Source: Podarcis liolepis (lineage: Eukaryota). Taken from it: a stretch of 64,000 nucleotides of DNA. Positions within the stretch are counted from its first letter, which is position 1, and each line of letters begins with the position of its first letter. Positions 38,453 to 56,407 of this stretch are shown here, piece by piece. The stretch lies in assembly GCA_965112155.1 (NCBI GenBank), contig OZ218098.1. The stretch is one strand, 5' to 3'. A program made the position numbers and the translations under genes. The notes under the pieces are model-generated. The model was not told the origin of the DNA. It saw only the letters and a program-made list of their open reading frames with translations, and searched no databases.

Positions 38453-39917
38453 GTCCCCTATGCATGTATACTCAAAACTTGGGTAAAGGCACACAGGATT
38501 GCAGCCTAGGTTTTTCATCTCTCAGCTGGTGGTCTGATGTTCCAATTTCCCAGATATAACTTTCCATAATTTACTATGTCACAATTGAAATAATATAAAG
38601 AAGAAAGATTCTGGTACAGTTCTGCTGTGTATCACGGTCTAGTTGATACATTGCTGATCTTTGTCATTCAAAGCCTGACTTGATTTGGGTGAATCTTGCT
38701 TTTTTTGTTTCTCATTTATTCTATTACATCTCATCATAGCAATAGTACCTTCTCACCGTTTTTTAACTTAAAAATAAAATTAAAACAGGTTTTAAACACT
38801 TGCCAGTATTTTTTTTTTTCTGTATCCCTGTCCCTAGTATAAATTCTGGTATATACAGGTCCTGACCTAGTATTAGGCAAAGTGAGGCAGTTAGCTCAGC
38901 CAGTGCCAGGGAGATACAGTAGCAGCAACAATCCCACAAGCTGTTCCTGAGCCTTCAGCCCTCACCTGTTAAAGCACAGCTGTGCCACAGGATGTTACAC
39001 ACACCCCGCCCGCCAAAAAAGTTTCTAAAGTCTTTCTTAGTAACCTTTGGCTATTCTTAGGAAAAGCAAATATTTGCTCCTGCATGTAAGACAATAAAGG
39101 CTGCTGCCCAATGTTATAGTTGCTTCTTTAGATAGTTGCTTCTTTAGAACAAGTGAGCTAACTAGATCGGTATCATGTTTTTGAGGGCAAGTCAAAAAAT
39201 CTTCCAGGAGCCTGTCTTCTAAAACCTCTGAATGAGGGACAAGGCGGCAAGCCCCAGTTTGTGAACCCCTAAATGCATACTCCAGAGAGACACGCAGTGA
39301 ATCGTAGCTCTTAGACTAGTGTACCCGTCCTGATACATGTGGTTGCAATAATGTTTGTCATATTCACCTCATATCCCTAGGTGTACAGTACACCTAAAAA
39401 TGCAATGGGCAAAAGGAACCTGAGGTCACTGAAAAGCTAAGCAACCTTCAACTCAGGGATGCTGTCAAAAGATGCTGAATTCTTTAAAGTCACTATGATT
39501 TATTTATCATTTTTTAATGCTAGAAAATTAAAAGCACACTTCTCAGTTGGCTTCCAAGCCAGACAAACTTCATAGCATGCCATTCCTGTTCTAGACTTAA
39601 AAGTTTTTGGCAGGAGCCAGTGCAACTAGATCAGGGCAAAAATACTGCTCAAAAGCTTCCTCCCACAGCCGATAGCCTTGCTGTCTCAAAGCAGGGCTAA
39701 CTGTTTCAGTGTCAAGGGAAAGGGTTAAATACCCCTCTCCTTTTAAAGCTCTAAAAAGATATTGGGAGATCTGATCGCAGATATTCCACATCATGTGCTA
39801 GGAGGCTTTTGAAAGATAAATCTAAATAAAGAAGTTTATGCTTTTATTTTGAAAGATATCTCAATTGACATTCTGTTGCTACAGCACGGTGAGAAAGAGA
39901 GTTTATTTGCTTTTTGC

Positions 39918-40012
39918 AGCAAAAACAATCTTGTAGCACCTTTAAAGACTAACAGATTTTATGGACTGTAGACCATGAAAGCTTATGCCGTAATAAAGTT
40001 ACTGTCTAAATT
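39918..40012. mobile_element. Degenerate reptile Penelope-like pLTR fragment (inverted arrangement)
   Basis: CTTGTAGCACCTTTAAAGACTAACA...CTGTAGACCATGAAAGCTTATGC..AATAAA..GTC resembles, from recall, reptile Penelope termini. Confidence 0.55.
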
Positions 40013-40984
40013 GTGGTCAAGTGGACAGAGTAGGGCTTGGAACAAGTTTCATCTGTGCTATGAGCTTATTGTGTAGCCTGGGGGGGGGGGGGGACAGGTA
40101 CAGCCTCATATACTCATCTGTGAAATGGCTTTCCTCACAGAGTTGCTCTGAGGATGAACACAATAAATATAATGCACAAAGGATGATAAGGAGGGGGAAC
40201 TGGCAAGATCCTGGTTCCCCCTCTACACCTTTGTGCAGGAGGGGATGCAACCATTCACAGCGTCAATTATTTCAGCTGCTGTACCAGTATGAATGGGTGA
40301 GAATCCTGACTGAGCTGCAAGGCAGTATTGTTATCACTATTACTGCTAGTTCTCTATGAAAAAGCTTAACATTCTACTTTTCAAGTTCAGAATATTCCTA
40401 CAGTTTTCGAGTAGTGAACCCTCTACAAAAGAACTGATGTTTTATTTTATTTTATAGCTAGGACATGAAATAAACATTTTATTCCTGATTTATTTATTTA
40501 TTTCAAAACACGTTTCTCAGCTGAAGATATGGAATATACAAAATACTTTTTATGTGAGTTATTGCAACAAACAAGTTCCATGAAATAATTCTGGATCAGG
40601 AACACAAGTAGCTTTTTTACACAAATACATATATATATTTAATATATATTGGATCCTACTTTATGAAGAATGACACCGTTAATTGTATACTAGTTGTCAG
40701 AATGCCGACGTGCCTTTAGATATGTATTCCTTGGGCTCAAAGAGTAGGGCAAGTGTGAGCTGCGCTTTGTCTTCCTCACAAGAGGGGCTTATGGCATATG
40801 CCTTCATCAGAGGACAGAACTTCAGTCTTGAATGGTAATCAGTTTCTGAATATTTTAAATGGTCCTTTAGCTCTGGTATTTGTAAAAAAATGCAGTTAAA
40901 CAGCTGGTGGTTAACTGTTAAAATGTGGAGGAACATGATATAGAAATATCAGTAGAAAAATCATTTTCTGTACAAGGGATGAAT

Positions 40985-47349
<6,365 letters not shown>

Positions 47350-48528
47350 CTATTCGAAAGCCTAAGAAATGAAGAACACAGAGCGAATTTGTGTAAAGGT
47401 TAGGTTGGATACATCCTCCTGGGGGTAACTCTATTGTACCCTGCACTGAGCTGGCAGGATCTATAGCTAGCTATTAACACGACTGTTACCAATTCAGTAG
47501 AGTCTCATTGTATTATCTGGGTTGTATTGGAGATAGAAGTACGAAGAATGGAAGAATTAGGCCTGTCCTGCATAAGAAGTGCCTAGTGGATCATGCCAGC
47601 TGCTGATCTGGTCCAGCACCCTGTTCTCACAGTGGCCACCATTTATTGTGGGAAGGGGCACTTCATGCATCCAAGATCTTTTGTAGCTTCCACATGGCAT
47701 AGTTGTCGTCATCAAAATACCACCCTGTGTTTCTCCCTCTGTTTAATCTGGATTTACCTTTCCTGGGAGAAACCCAGTAAATAAATAAATAGAAAACCTT
47801 GTGTTGCTGATTACCAGTTTGCACTATCTAAGTGATCCGTTTACAGTATTAAACCCCTGCCCAGAATCAGCCACCGACTTCCAAACGAGTCAGGTAACTA
47901 ACTACACAGCACATGAAACAGAGGAAAAAATGAATATAAACTAAAACAATTATTAAATGGCCACTGAGTGCTAATTCACCTTCTTTTGCCCTTGGAGATT
48001 TAACTGATGTGGGCAACAGTGTTTTCTGCAGGATATTTCCTTGCTGTCTGTCAACAGGGCTGTGGACAGTTTAAGGAGAAGATGGAATTCTGAACAGGCA
48101 GAACCCATCTCCGTTTGCAGGGATTTCTCCTCCCCTTCATGTGAAGAACCTTCATGAAATTGCCATAGAAACAGACAATTGCCCTTCATAGTACTTCTGG
48201 GTGTTCTAGAACACCAGGTATGACTCTTAAGAAAGCCTGGGCTGTGTGTGTGTGTCATGATGAGAATAAGAGTCAAATCCCATAGTCTGTGGAAGATCCT
48301 TGGCTGGATCTCCAAATATATTTTTCTTTTGCTAAAAGATTTTGACTGCATAGGAGAAGGAAGGGAATTAATTTGCTCCTCTCCCATGCCAGCTACTCTA
48401 AGCAAGTTGTCTCTAATGATGCAGCCAGCCTTGTAAGTTAAAATTTCGGGTATGAAAATCTCTGAGAATGAATAGAATATCTGAAAATAGTGCACACTGA
48501 AAATACACAATCCTAATACAGGCATACC

Positions 48529-49317
48529 TGTCAGGGAGCCATAAATCAGCAATAAATCACACAGAGTACGTAGCGTTTACTCTTTATTTGAAGAAGCAAG
48601 GCCTGCTCAGGAGAGCCAGGCCTAATGAGCACAGCAACTCTTCTCAGTAGGTCTTGCCCCTATGAGGCAGTTGTGGAGGCTGAAGGTCCCTGCCTTCCCA
48701 CAGCTGTCTGAATCTCATCCTCCCCCCGGGTCCTTCCCAAGCAATCTGAAACTATGCTGGCATGCCTGTCTATGCTCCTCTGTCTTCAGACCTCTTCTGG
48801 TCCTGGGAGACTCTCTGTGGGGAGGAGAGCTTGTTGCAGCAGGAGAGGGAGACACCTACGTTTCTTCACCAGCCTGACTCATCTCTGCCTCTTGGCCTCC
48901 TTCCTCTCCTGCTTCAGATTCTGATTTTGGACTTCCCTCTGCCACAGCCTCTTCCTGAACAATAAACCATGTTACCTCTTCAGCTTCCGACACCCACTGG
49001 CAGAGGAAGGGGGTGGTGCCATCGCCCTCCGCCCCCCACTCCCGGGACACTCACTGTGGGCAGCACCCCCTGGGATGCTTGCCCCGCCCCCAGAGATGGG
49101 TAGCCCCGCCCCTAGGTGCACAGCATGTGCGCCGCTCTGGGTGCCAGAGCAGCTAGCTCCGCCTCTGCCAACACCTCCTCCTCCCAGTCTGCTCCCTCTT
49201 CTCCCTCTGACCACTCATCATCATCCCACCACCAATCCCCTGGCTCTGAGCCTTCTTCCCTTGGGGGTTCCCCAACTGGTGCCTCCCACCATTCCCGTGT
49301 CCAGCCAGTCCGCGACA
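48529..49317 (-). mobile_element. Solo LTR (789 bp including a nested MITE)
   Basis: TGTC...GACA termini, perfect 5-bp TSD ATACC (48524-48528 / 49318-49322), AATAAA on - at 48588-48583 near the 3' end. Confidence 0.8.
48995..49167. mobile_element. hAT-type GC-rich MITE nested in the solo LTR
   Basis: 8-bp TSD CCGACACC/CCAACACC. Termini match the family copy at 52739-52899. Confidence 0.7.
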
Positions 49318-49754
49318 ATACCTCAGAGATCTTGTGGGTTCAGTTCTAGACCACAGCAATAAAGCGAATATCACAATAAAGCAAGCCACACACATATTTT
49401 TTTGTTTCCCAGTTTCAGTGGGGCCCCAGAACTTATGAGCAATTATGCCCCACACAAAGTGAACATGATGGCATTGTTGACAAGATGGACGCATAGCTTG
49501 CCTTTGGTTCCAGCAACTGCCTGTTGACCTGAAACCAGCCATGTTAGGATATTGGTTCCCCTTCATAATACTGATGGCTTTTGTTTCATTTCAGGTTCAC
49601 ATGTAGTCATCAAGCCAAAATCACTGTCTCTATCACTAGATTGCCCTACAGCTGCTCTGGATACATTGGAACATTGGATATGTGTCCAGGGCAGCTCTTT
49701 ATCAGCTCTATCTGGTATGCAGGCTGAGACACTACCTGCCCACGGACTGTCTCA

Positions 49755-50345
49755 CCAAGAGTGATGCATGCTCTAGTTATCTCTCGCTTGGACTACTGCA
49801 ATGCACTCTACGTGGGGCTACCTTTGAAGGTGACCTGGAAACTACAACTAATCCAGAATGCGGCAGCTAGACTGGTGACTGGGAGCGGCCGCCAAGACCA
49901 CATAAAACCGGTCTTGAAAGACCTACACTGGCTCCCAGTACGTTTCTGAGCACAATTCAAAGTGTTGGTGCTGGCCTTTAAAGCCCTAAACAGCCTCGGT
50001 CCAGTATACCTGAAGGAGCGTTTCCACCCCCATCATTCAGCCCGGACACTGAGGTCCAGCACCGAGGGCCTTCTGGCGGTTCCCTCGCTGCGAGAAGCCA
50101 AGTTGCAGGGAACCAGGCAGAGGCCCTTTTCGGTAGTGGCACCCGCCCTATAGAACGCCCTCCCACCAGATGTCAAAGAGAAAAACAACTACCAGACTTT
50201 TAGAAGACAGCCCTGTTTAGAGAAGCTTTTAATGTTTAATCAACTATTGTATTTTAATATTCTGTTGGAAGCTGCCCAGAGTCGCTGGGGAAACCCAGCC
50301 ACATGGGCGGGGTATAAATAATAAATGATGATGATGATGATGATT
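49755..50345 (+). mobile_element. L2 LINE 3' fragment
   Basis: HALVISRLDYCNALYVGLP..KLQLIQNAAARLVTG..HIKPVLKDLHWLPV is the classic L2 RT C-terminus; (ATG)n/(AAT) tail. Confidence 0.9.
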
Positions 50346-51653
50346 GTGGAATGGATTCTATCACAAGTGCTATCATTGATATGCAGAAATAAACTGATTG
50401 ACTTTCAATCGCCTTCCACCTTTTGGCACAATAGGGAAATTGAGACAGTAGGGATCATTCTGCCCAACAGCTTTCTATCTAACCCCACCCCACTTTGCCA
50501 CTTTCCCCCATGCTGAGGCACAAACAGAAGGCTTTCCCCCCTGCATCCCTTTCCCCCCAGCTGGGGATGCCAACTGGCTGGAAAAAAAGACCTTTGCTGC
50601 TCCTGTGCTTTAGAAACACCTTCAGGGTCTGATATTGAGTTACCTTCTGGTCCATCAGACGAGAGTCGAAAAAACGTTGCTGCTAATATTTATATGAGGC
50701 ACTGATTTTTACAATATTTTTCCATGAGATTATTTTTCTTTCAATGAGATTATTTTTATCTAAACTATGTTAATTAAACCTGTAAAATAACTACATTATT
50801 TAAACATGTAGAATTTTCACTGTAGTTTTTTTTGCAGTTGATATTCATGCGTTGGTTTTTTTGGCTGCTTCTGCTGTTTGCAAACCAGCATTCATGGGTG
50901 GCGGTCAAGACATGCAGGTTCTTCATTATGGGTACATCTGGGAAGCCACAATGGGTCAAATAAAAATAAACAAACATGAAAAAACCTGCACCTGCAGTTG
51001 TCACCACAAATGCAATTTCCATGCATGTTCCAAATCATTTCTCAAATTAAATTGAATGCGTTGGTTCTGTGTGTTCATGCAGACAATTTCTGTATTTTAC
51101 AAGGTTTGCACTGAAGTTTACTTTCACGTATTGCAGACTTAAGACAGAGCCAAGATGGTGAAGGAACAGTGGTCAGAATTCACCTTTGTTACCTCCCCAT
51201 GCTCCTGGAACTGGCAGAGTTACCCAGACTCACACCAATTACCGTCTTTTTCCATATTGAATTACTTGTAGTGGATAAGCCGTTGTATTGCCTCAGTTAC
51301 TTGCAAGATTGAAAGTGAAACTCCTTAAAAGTATTATCAGCCATACAGCACTACATGTTACAGAGACCCAAATTGCTGCTGTAACTGCTGGAAAACACAC
51401 AGAGATCGTTTGTAATTTACCTGAATGCAACAAGATAAGGAATTTTAATGAAACTTGAAGCTTGTATTATTCAGGAATATTATAAAGAGGTTTCTCATTG
51501 GTTTTGTACAGCATGATGAATATACCCTAAAGGAAGGATAGGGCTTGAGCAGTGAAAGCAGAAAGAGAAAAGGGTGCATCATTCAGTGAGCAGTACTGGG
51601 CAACTGCTGCTGGCAGATGGCCTGCAATGTTATTGAAGATTTCCTTTGAATTG

Positions 51654-54600
51654 TCAGCACATCTTCAGTACATCAGCCTGAAATTAAAAGGGCAGAAGAA
51701 AATTTAGCATAAAGTCCTCTCAACATAGCAATATGGGATAAGTTCACATCTTCGCAGATTACCCTCACTATAGTTGTGTTAGTCTTTTTAATATTTTTTA
51801 TTATTTTTTATTTTTACAATTCGAAATAGATATTTTTATAAACTTATTGATATCCAATGACTTCCCCTCTTTTCTTTCCATGGTTCATTTTACATATCTT
51901 CCATTCCTGCATATTTTACTATAACCATTCAAATCAATTTTCCATTTTTACACCATTCAAACATTAATTACACTGTTGAATTTATCTTAACGCTGCCAGC
52001 GTTTTTGGGTTTTGGGACCAAAGCTCACAATTTTAAAAAGAACTATTACAAAACCAGGATAAACTTTTGTCGAGAATGTATAACCTTCTATTACAATGGG
52101 AAACAAAAGACGAACTAGTGAAAGCTTCAATGACCCACAGGGCAATGGATATAGGACACAATATGGATTTAAACCTCTGGGATAAACTCTGGAAAAGAAA
52201 TTTGAAATTTACTGCATGTTACACATTGAAAGAGAACTATCTGAAAATGATTCACAGATGGTACCCAGCTCCAAGTAGGTTGGCTAAGATGTATAATGTA
52301 CAATCAGATATGTGTTGGAAATGTAAAGAAAAGGAGGGGACCAGTTTTCATATGTGGTTGACATGTAAAATGGTAAAAGAATATTGGGAATTTTTAAAAA
52401 AAATTACCTTCCCCCAAAGACCAGAGTCCTTTTTATTAGGAATAGCCCAGACAGAAATTCCTAGGTGTCAGAAAATCTTGTTTATGTATGCAACAAGAGC
52501 AGCCCATGTTTTGTTAGCCAAAAAATGGGAAATGAGCGAGGTCCCAGATAAAGAGGATTGGCAACTTAAGATGTTAGAATATGCAGAACTTGCAGGTTTA
52601 ACACATAGAACAAGAGAGCAAGAAGAACATATGTTTAAAGAAGAGTGGAGAACATTGACTGAGTATACGGAAAATAATTGTACACCACTGTTTGTGGTAG
52701 TTTTGACCTAGTGCTATTGGAGCACCATGCCTTGTGTCCAGTGGCGGAGCTTCATGCTCCGGCACTGGGGGGCAGAGAGCAGGCGGGGGCGGGGCTGGCC
52801 ACCTGCGAGGGCGTGGTGCCCAGCGCTGGCGGGGGGGGGGGGCAGCTGCGATGGCCGGGGCGGTGCGCTCTCCCCTCCACTCCTCTTCCTCCACTAGTGC
52901 TTATGTCTACATGACGGATGCTGGGATGGCCCCACACCTGTTCACATGTTCCTTTACAAAAACTTGCTGATATTATATCTAACACAAGTGTGATTCCTAG
53001 GCTGGCCAGATACAAAAGAGGACAGGCCTCCTGGCTCTTTAATAGTTGTGTAGATGAGGGGATTTCAGCTTGCTTGACAAGCCACCCCCGCTGGAGTACA
53101 TACGCTCTTGGACCTCTGGCTGCCCATGTTAAATCTAATATCAGTGAGCATCTGGGAGCCTAAGCTACCTTGGTGAGTGGTGCCACCTCATAAGCACCAC
53201 TTTGTCTACCGAGACTGCCTCCACACAGCAATTTATTTCCTTTTCACATTTCCTTGACTGTTGATTTCTGCGTTATAAATGAGCTTTCACAGAACGTAAA
53301 AGCCACTTCTGGGAACGTAGCAGAATATAACACAAGTTGAGTGCTCATTTCTGTGTTCATAGAAGAATAGAATTGCAGAGTTGGAAAGGATCCTGAGGGT
53401 GTTTCTAGCCCAACCCCCTGCAATGCAGGTATTTTTACCTGACGTGGGGCTTGGCCCTGAAATTAAGAGTCTCATGCTCTAGTGACGGAGCGATCCTGTG
53501 TATTTACGTCCAGATAAAATCTATTTGCAAATACTGCAGAAATGAGCACTAAACTTGCACTGTGCAACTTGCAGGTGCAACTACAAACCAAAACGTAAGA
53601 GAGGACTGAGAGAGGTTGAAGTTGTGGCAAACACAACTTCCAGTTTTCCTACCAGTTTTCCTGTTTTGAGCCTGGCACCAGCTCCTGCCACCGCCTAGGA
53701 TGGCACTGCAGACCACATGGGGTAGGTTGCACCCAGTCCAGTGGTCCAGGGTTTCGCCATTCTCTAGTAGATAGAAAACTTGTTCTAATTTTTAAACATT
53801 ACTCAAGTCCCTGGAAACCTGTGTGATTCTACGTTCTTTCATGTTCAGTATGTGGACATTAGCATGATTTTTCTTAATTGAATAGCATTTGTGAAAATGT
53901 TACGACGACCCGTCAGAGTTAACTGCAAGAAAAGCAAGGACATTTTTTTAAAATAGAAAAAGAAGATTACCGCCAGATCCACCAAAGCCAGTTTGTGGAG
54001 CAAAGACAACTCGAATACACTTGCTCTCATTTTAAGTACACCATTTATCGCATGGACGTCACTTGTGTACTTTGAAAGTTCTTCCTGAAACACCGAATCC
54101 GATTTAAAAAGCCCTTTCTGCACAATGTTATTGACAGCAATACAAGAAATCAAACCTAGGTTAAAAGAAAAAGAAGAGCTGAAGAGCAAGTGATTTGAAA
54201 ATTACATTTTTTACACATATTTTATTTCATGCCTTAGGAGTGTAAAATTAATAACAGCGATGCAGTGGCTTAACAATTAATCCTTCTTCCCAAGGGACCT
54301 CTGCAAATTGTAGCTCTGTGCGGGATAGTGGGGTCTCCTAACGACTCTCAGCACCTTTAATAAACTACAGCTCCCAGAATTCTTTGGGGAAAGCTGTGAC
54401 TGTTTAAAGTGGTATCATAATGCTTGTATGGTGTGAATGTTGAGCCAGTCGCTTTCTCACACACTCTATCTCATAGGGTTGTCGAGAGGATAAAATGGTG
54501 GTTTTTTCTCAAGTTTTAAGGAAGGAAGGGACTGGCTCTTCTTAAGGTTCTGTTCATTTTCACTGCCAATCTCTGGTTTTGATCACACTTTTACCTCCAT

Positions 54601-54690
54601 CTTAAAGAGACATAAACAGTATTGGCGATACTTACCAGAGTTGCAGCCACATGGCAAGGAGAGGAGCAGAAAGACAATGGCTGCCTTCAT
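51654..54690 (-). CDS. Secretoglobin family protein A (87 aa; occupies the SCGB1C1-syntenic position and orientation)
   Basis: Exons on -: 54690-54636 (55 nt, signal peptide MKAAIVFLLLSLPCGCNS, phase 1), 54155-53971 (185 nt), 51677-51654 (ADVLKMC*). Canonical 3-exon secretoglobin structure, TATATA at ~54783-54777, ATTAAA on - at 51449-51444. Confidence 0.85.
51785..52686 (-). mobile_element. L1-clade LINE insertion with 5' inversion (in intron 2 of secretoglobin A)
   Basis: The + strand at 52010-52686 encodes the L1 ORF2 C-terminus (HRWY, CWKC...H..LTC zinc knuckle). The - strand at 52005-51785 carries ..KTLAALR*, the 3' UTR and an A-rich tail. Confidence 0.78.
52739..52899. mobile_element. 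hAT-type GC-rich MITE
   Basis: CAGTGGCGGAGC...CCTCCACTAGTG; TSD CTTGTGTC/CTTATGTC. Confidence 0.75.
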
Positions 54691-55417
54691 AGCTACAAGG
54701 ACAAAGGAGCGCTCCCTGGGAATAGTCAAAATGCTCTGTGACTTTCTTCGGAACCTCAGACATGCAGCCGAGAGAAATATATAGGAGCCAGCCAGCAACA
54801 CTGACTCCTCCCTCAATATGGCATGGCAGTTTACAAGACTTCTTTGGCTGTTTTTGTTTCTAAACAGCATGCAGTCAGAGGGAGAGATTTACTGGACTTT
54901 AAAAGACTGAAACCCATTGCTAACATGCAACGTATCATTTTGTTGCTTTGTAACAATTATTGTCTATAGCTAAATGTTTAGAAACCAGGTTCTGCAAGTA
55001 AAGCTTTTTTTTAAAAAAACTTATTTACTGTGGTGAAGAGGATTTATTTCTACACAAGAGTCAGATCCGAGACTTTCTGCTGACGCTATGAAACAGGATC
55101 TTGGCCATCGGCTGATTAATGCAACACTATACTTTCCCTTCTAGCTATACTTTATATTTCACATGCAGCTAATTGTGGAAAAATAGTGCCTCAGCACTAG
55201 TAAAAGGCTCTCGTGTTGAAGCAGCCGATATTATCAATTTTGTACTGCTCAGGTATGAAGCCTCTGAATTATTCCACTGCAGTACCTCAGGATAAAAATA
55301 AAAATAGATGCATTTTAAATAACAACAACAACAATTTAAGACAATGCATTCAGCAGCTGGGCAGGATGACCCTCTGTTGTATGATATGATCCCGCAATGG
55401 TTCTTATATACTTAGAT

Positions 55418-55781
55418 CAGGGGTCGGCAAGGCTTACCGGGCATGGGCCGGATCACTCCCATGGAGATCCTCCGTGGGCTGGACCGGCACAGCATGACGC
55501 CGGAAATTGCATCTGCACACGTCCATGGCACCAGAAATAGCTTCTGCGCATGCCCAGATGCCTAAAATCGTGCCTTCACAGAAGCGATTTCCAGCGTCTG
55601 GGCATGTGCAGATGCGATTTCTGGCGCCGCAGAAGAGAGTCCCTGCGCCGTGCTGCGCCAGTTTAGTGCAGCGTGTGGGGACTCGCCAAGTGGACGGCTC
55701 GGTTCGGGGGCGGCTCAGGGGCTGGTTAAACAGCCTCCATGGGCTGCTTCCGGCCCATGGGCTGCAGGTTGGGGACCCCTG
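55418..55781. mobile_element. hAT-type non-autonomous element
   Basis: CAGGGGTCGGCAA...TTGGGGACCCCTG TIRs; degenerate 8-bp TSD ACTTAGAT/ATTTAGCT. Confidence 0.78.
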
Positions 55782-56080
55782 ATTTAGCTGGTGTTCAAGT
55801 CCCTGCTCAGTCCAAAAGGCTGACTGGCTATCCTTGAATCAGTTGCTGCAGCTCAGACAAACCTACCTTCCAGGGCCGTTGTGAGGGTCAACGGGGAGGA
55901 GAACCAAATATGTCACTTTGAGCTGCATGGAAGGAATTAATAAAAACAAACACTTTTGTTGTGTTCTCTGGAAGCAGAGGCCAAGCAACACATGTGCGAG
56001 CATGTGCAAAATGATGTCATGACATCATGTTGAGCACACCACTGGGCACCCACAAACTGGGGCCCAAGTTGGCGCCTCTG

Positions 56081-56407
56081 CCTCAGAGATATTGTGGGTT
56101 CAGTTCCAGACCACCACAACAAAGTGAATGTTGTAATAAAGATAGTCACGCTTTTTTTTGTTTCCCAGTGCATCCAAAAGTCATGTTTACACTAGTGGTA
56201 CCTCTGATTAAGAATTTAATTCATTCCGGAGGTCTGTTCTTAACCTGAAACTGTTCTTAACCTGAGGTACCACTTTAGCTAATGGGGCCTCTTGCTGCTG
56301 CTGCACGATTTCTGTTCTCATCCTGAAGTAAAGTTTGTAACCCTAGGTACTATTTCTGGGTTAGCGGAGTCTGTAACCTGAAGCGTATGTAACCCGAGGT
56401 ACCATTG
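56081..56407. mobile_element. Tigger1-like terminal fragment (56081-56192) abutting a mariner-type MITE (56193-56407)
   Basis: Similar to 49321-49413 and to the MITE family at 27287. Confidence 0.7.

Larger units (their letters stand above)
48519..49413. mobile_element. Tigger1-like (pogo) terminal fragment split by a solo LTR
   Basis: TA|CAGGCATACC at 48517-48528 resumes after the LTR as (ATACC)TCAGAGATCTTGTGGGTTCAGTTCTAGACCACAGCAATAAAGCGAATATCACAATAAAGC, matching the recalled Tigger1 terminus. A second copy lies at 56081-56192. Confidence 0.7.

Noticed and set aside
38021-38518. 165-aa and 129-aa ORFs with mirrored peptides
   Set aside because: Produced by the palindrome and (TA)n tracts; low complexity (YI repeats).
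47971-48552. 193-aa minus-strand ORF
   Set aside because: No recognisable domain, non-ATG start inside the LTR edge, and no splice support.
50625-50682. Possible hammerhead-like CAGACGA..GAAAAAACGTTG
   Set aside because: The core CTGANGA/GAAA and stems are not intact; too weak to call.
52067-52711. 214-aa ORF as a host gene
   Set aside because: It is an L1 ORF2 C-terminal fragment.
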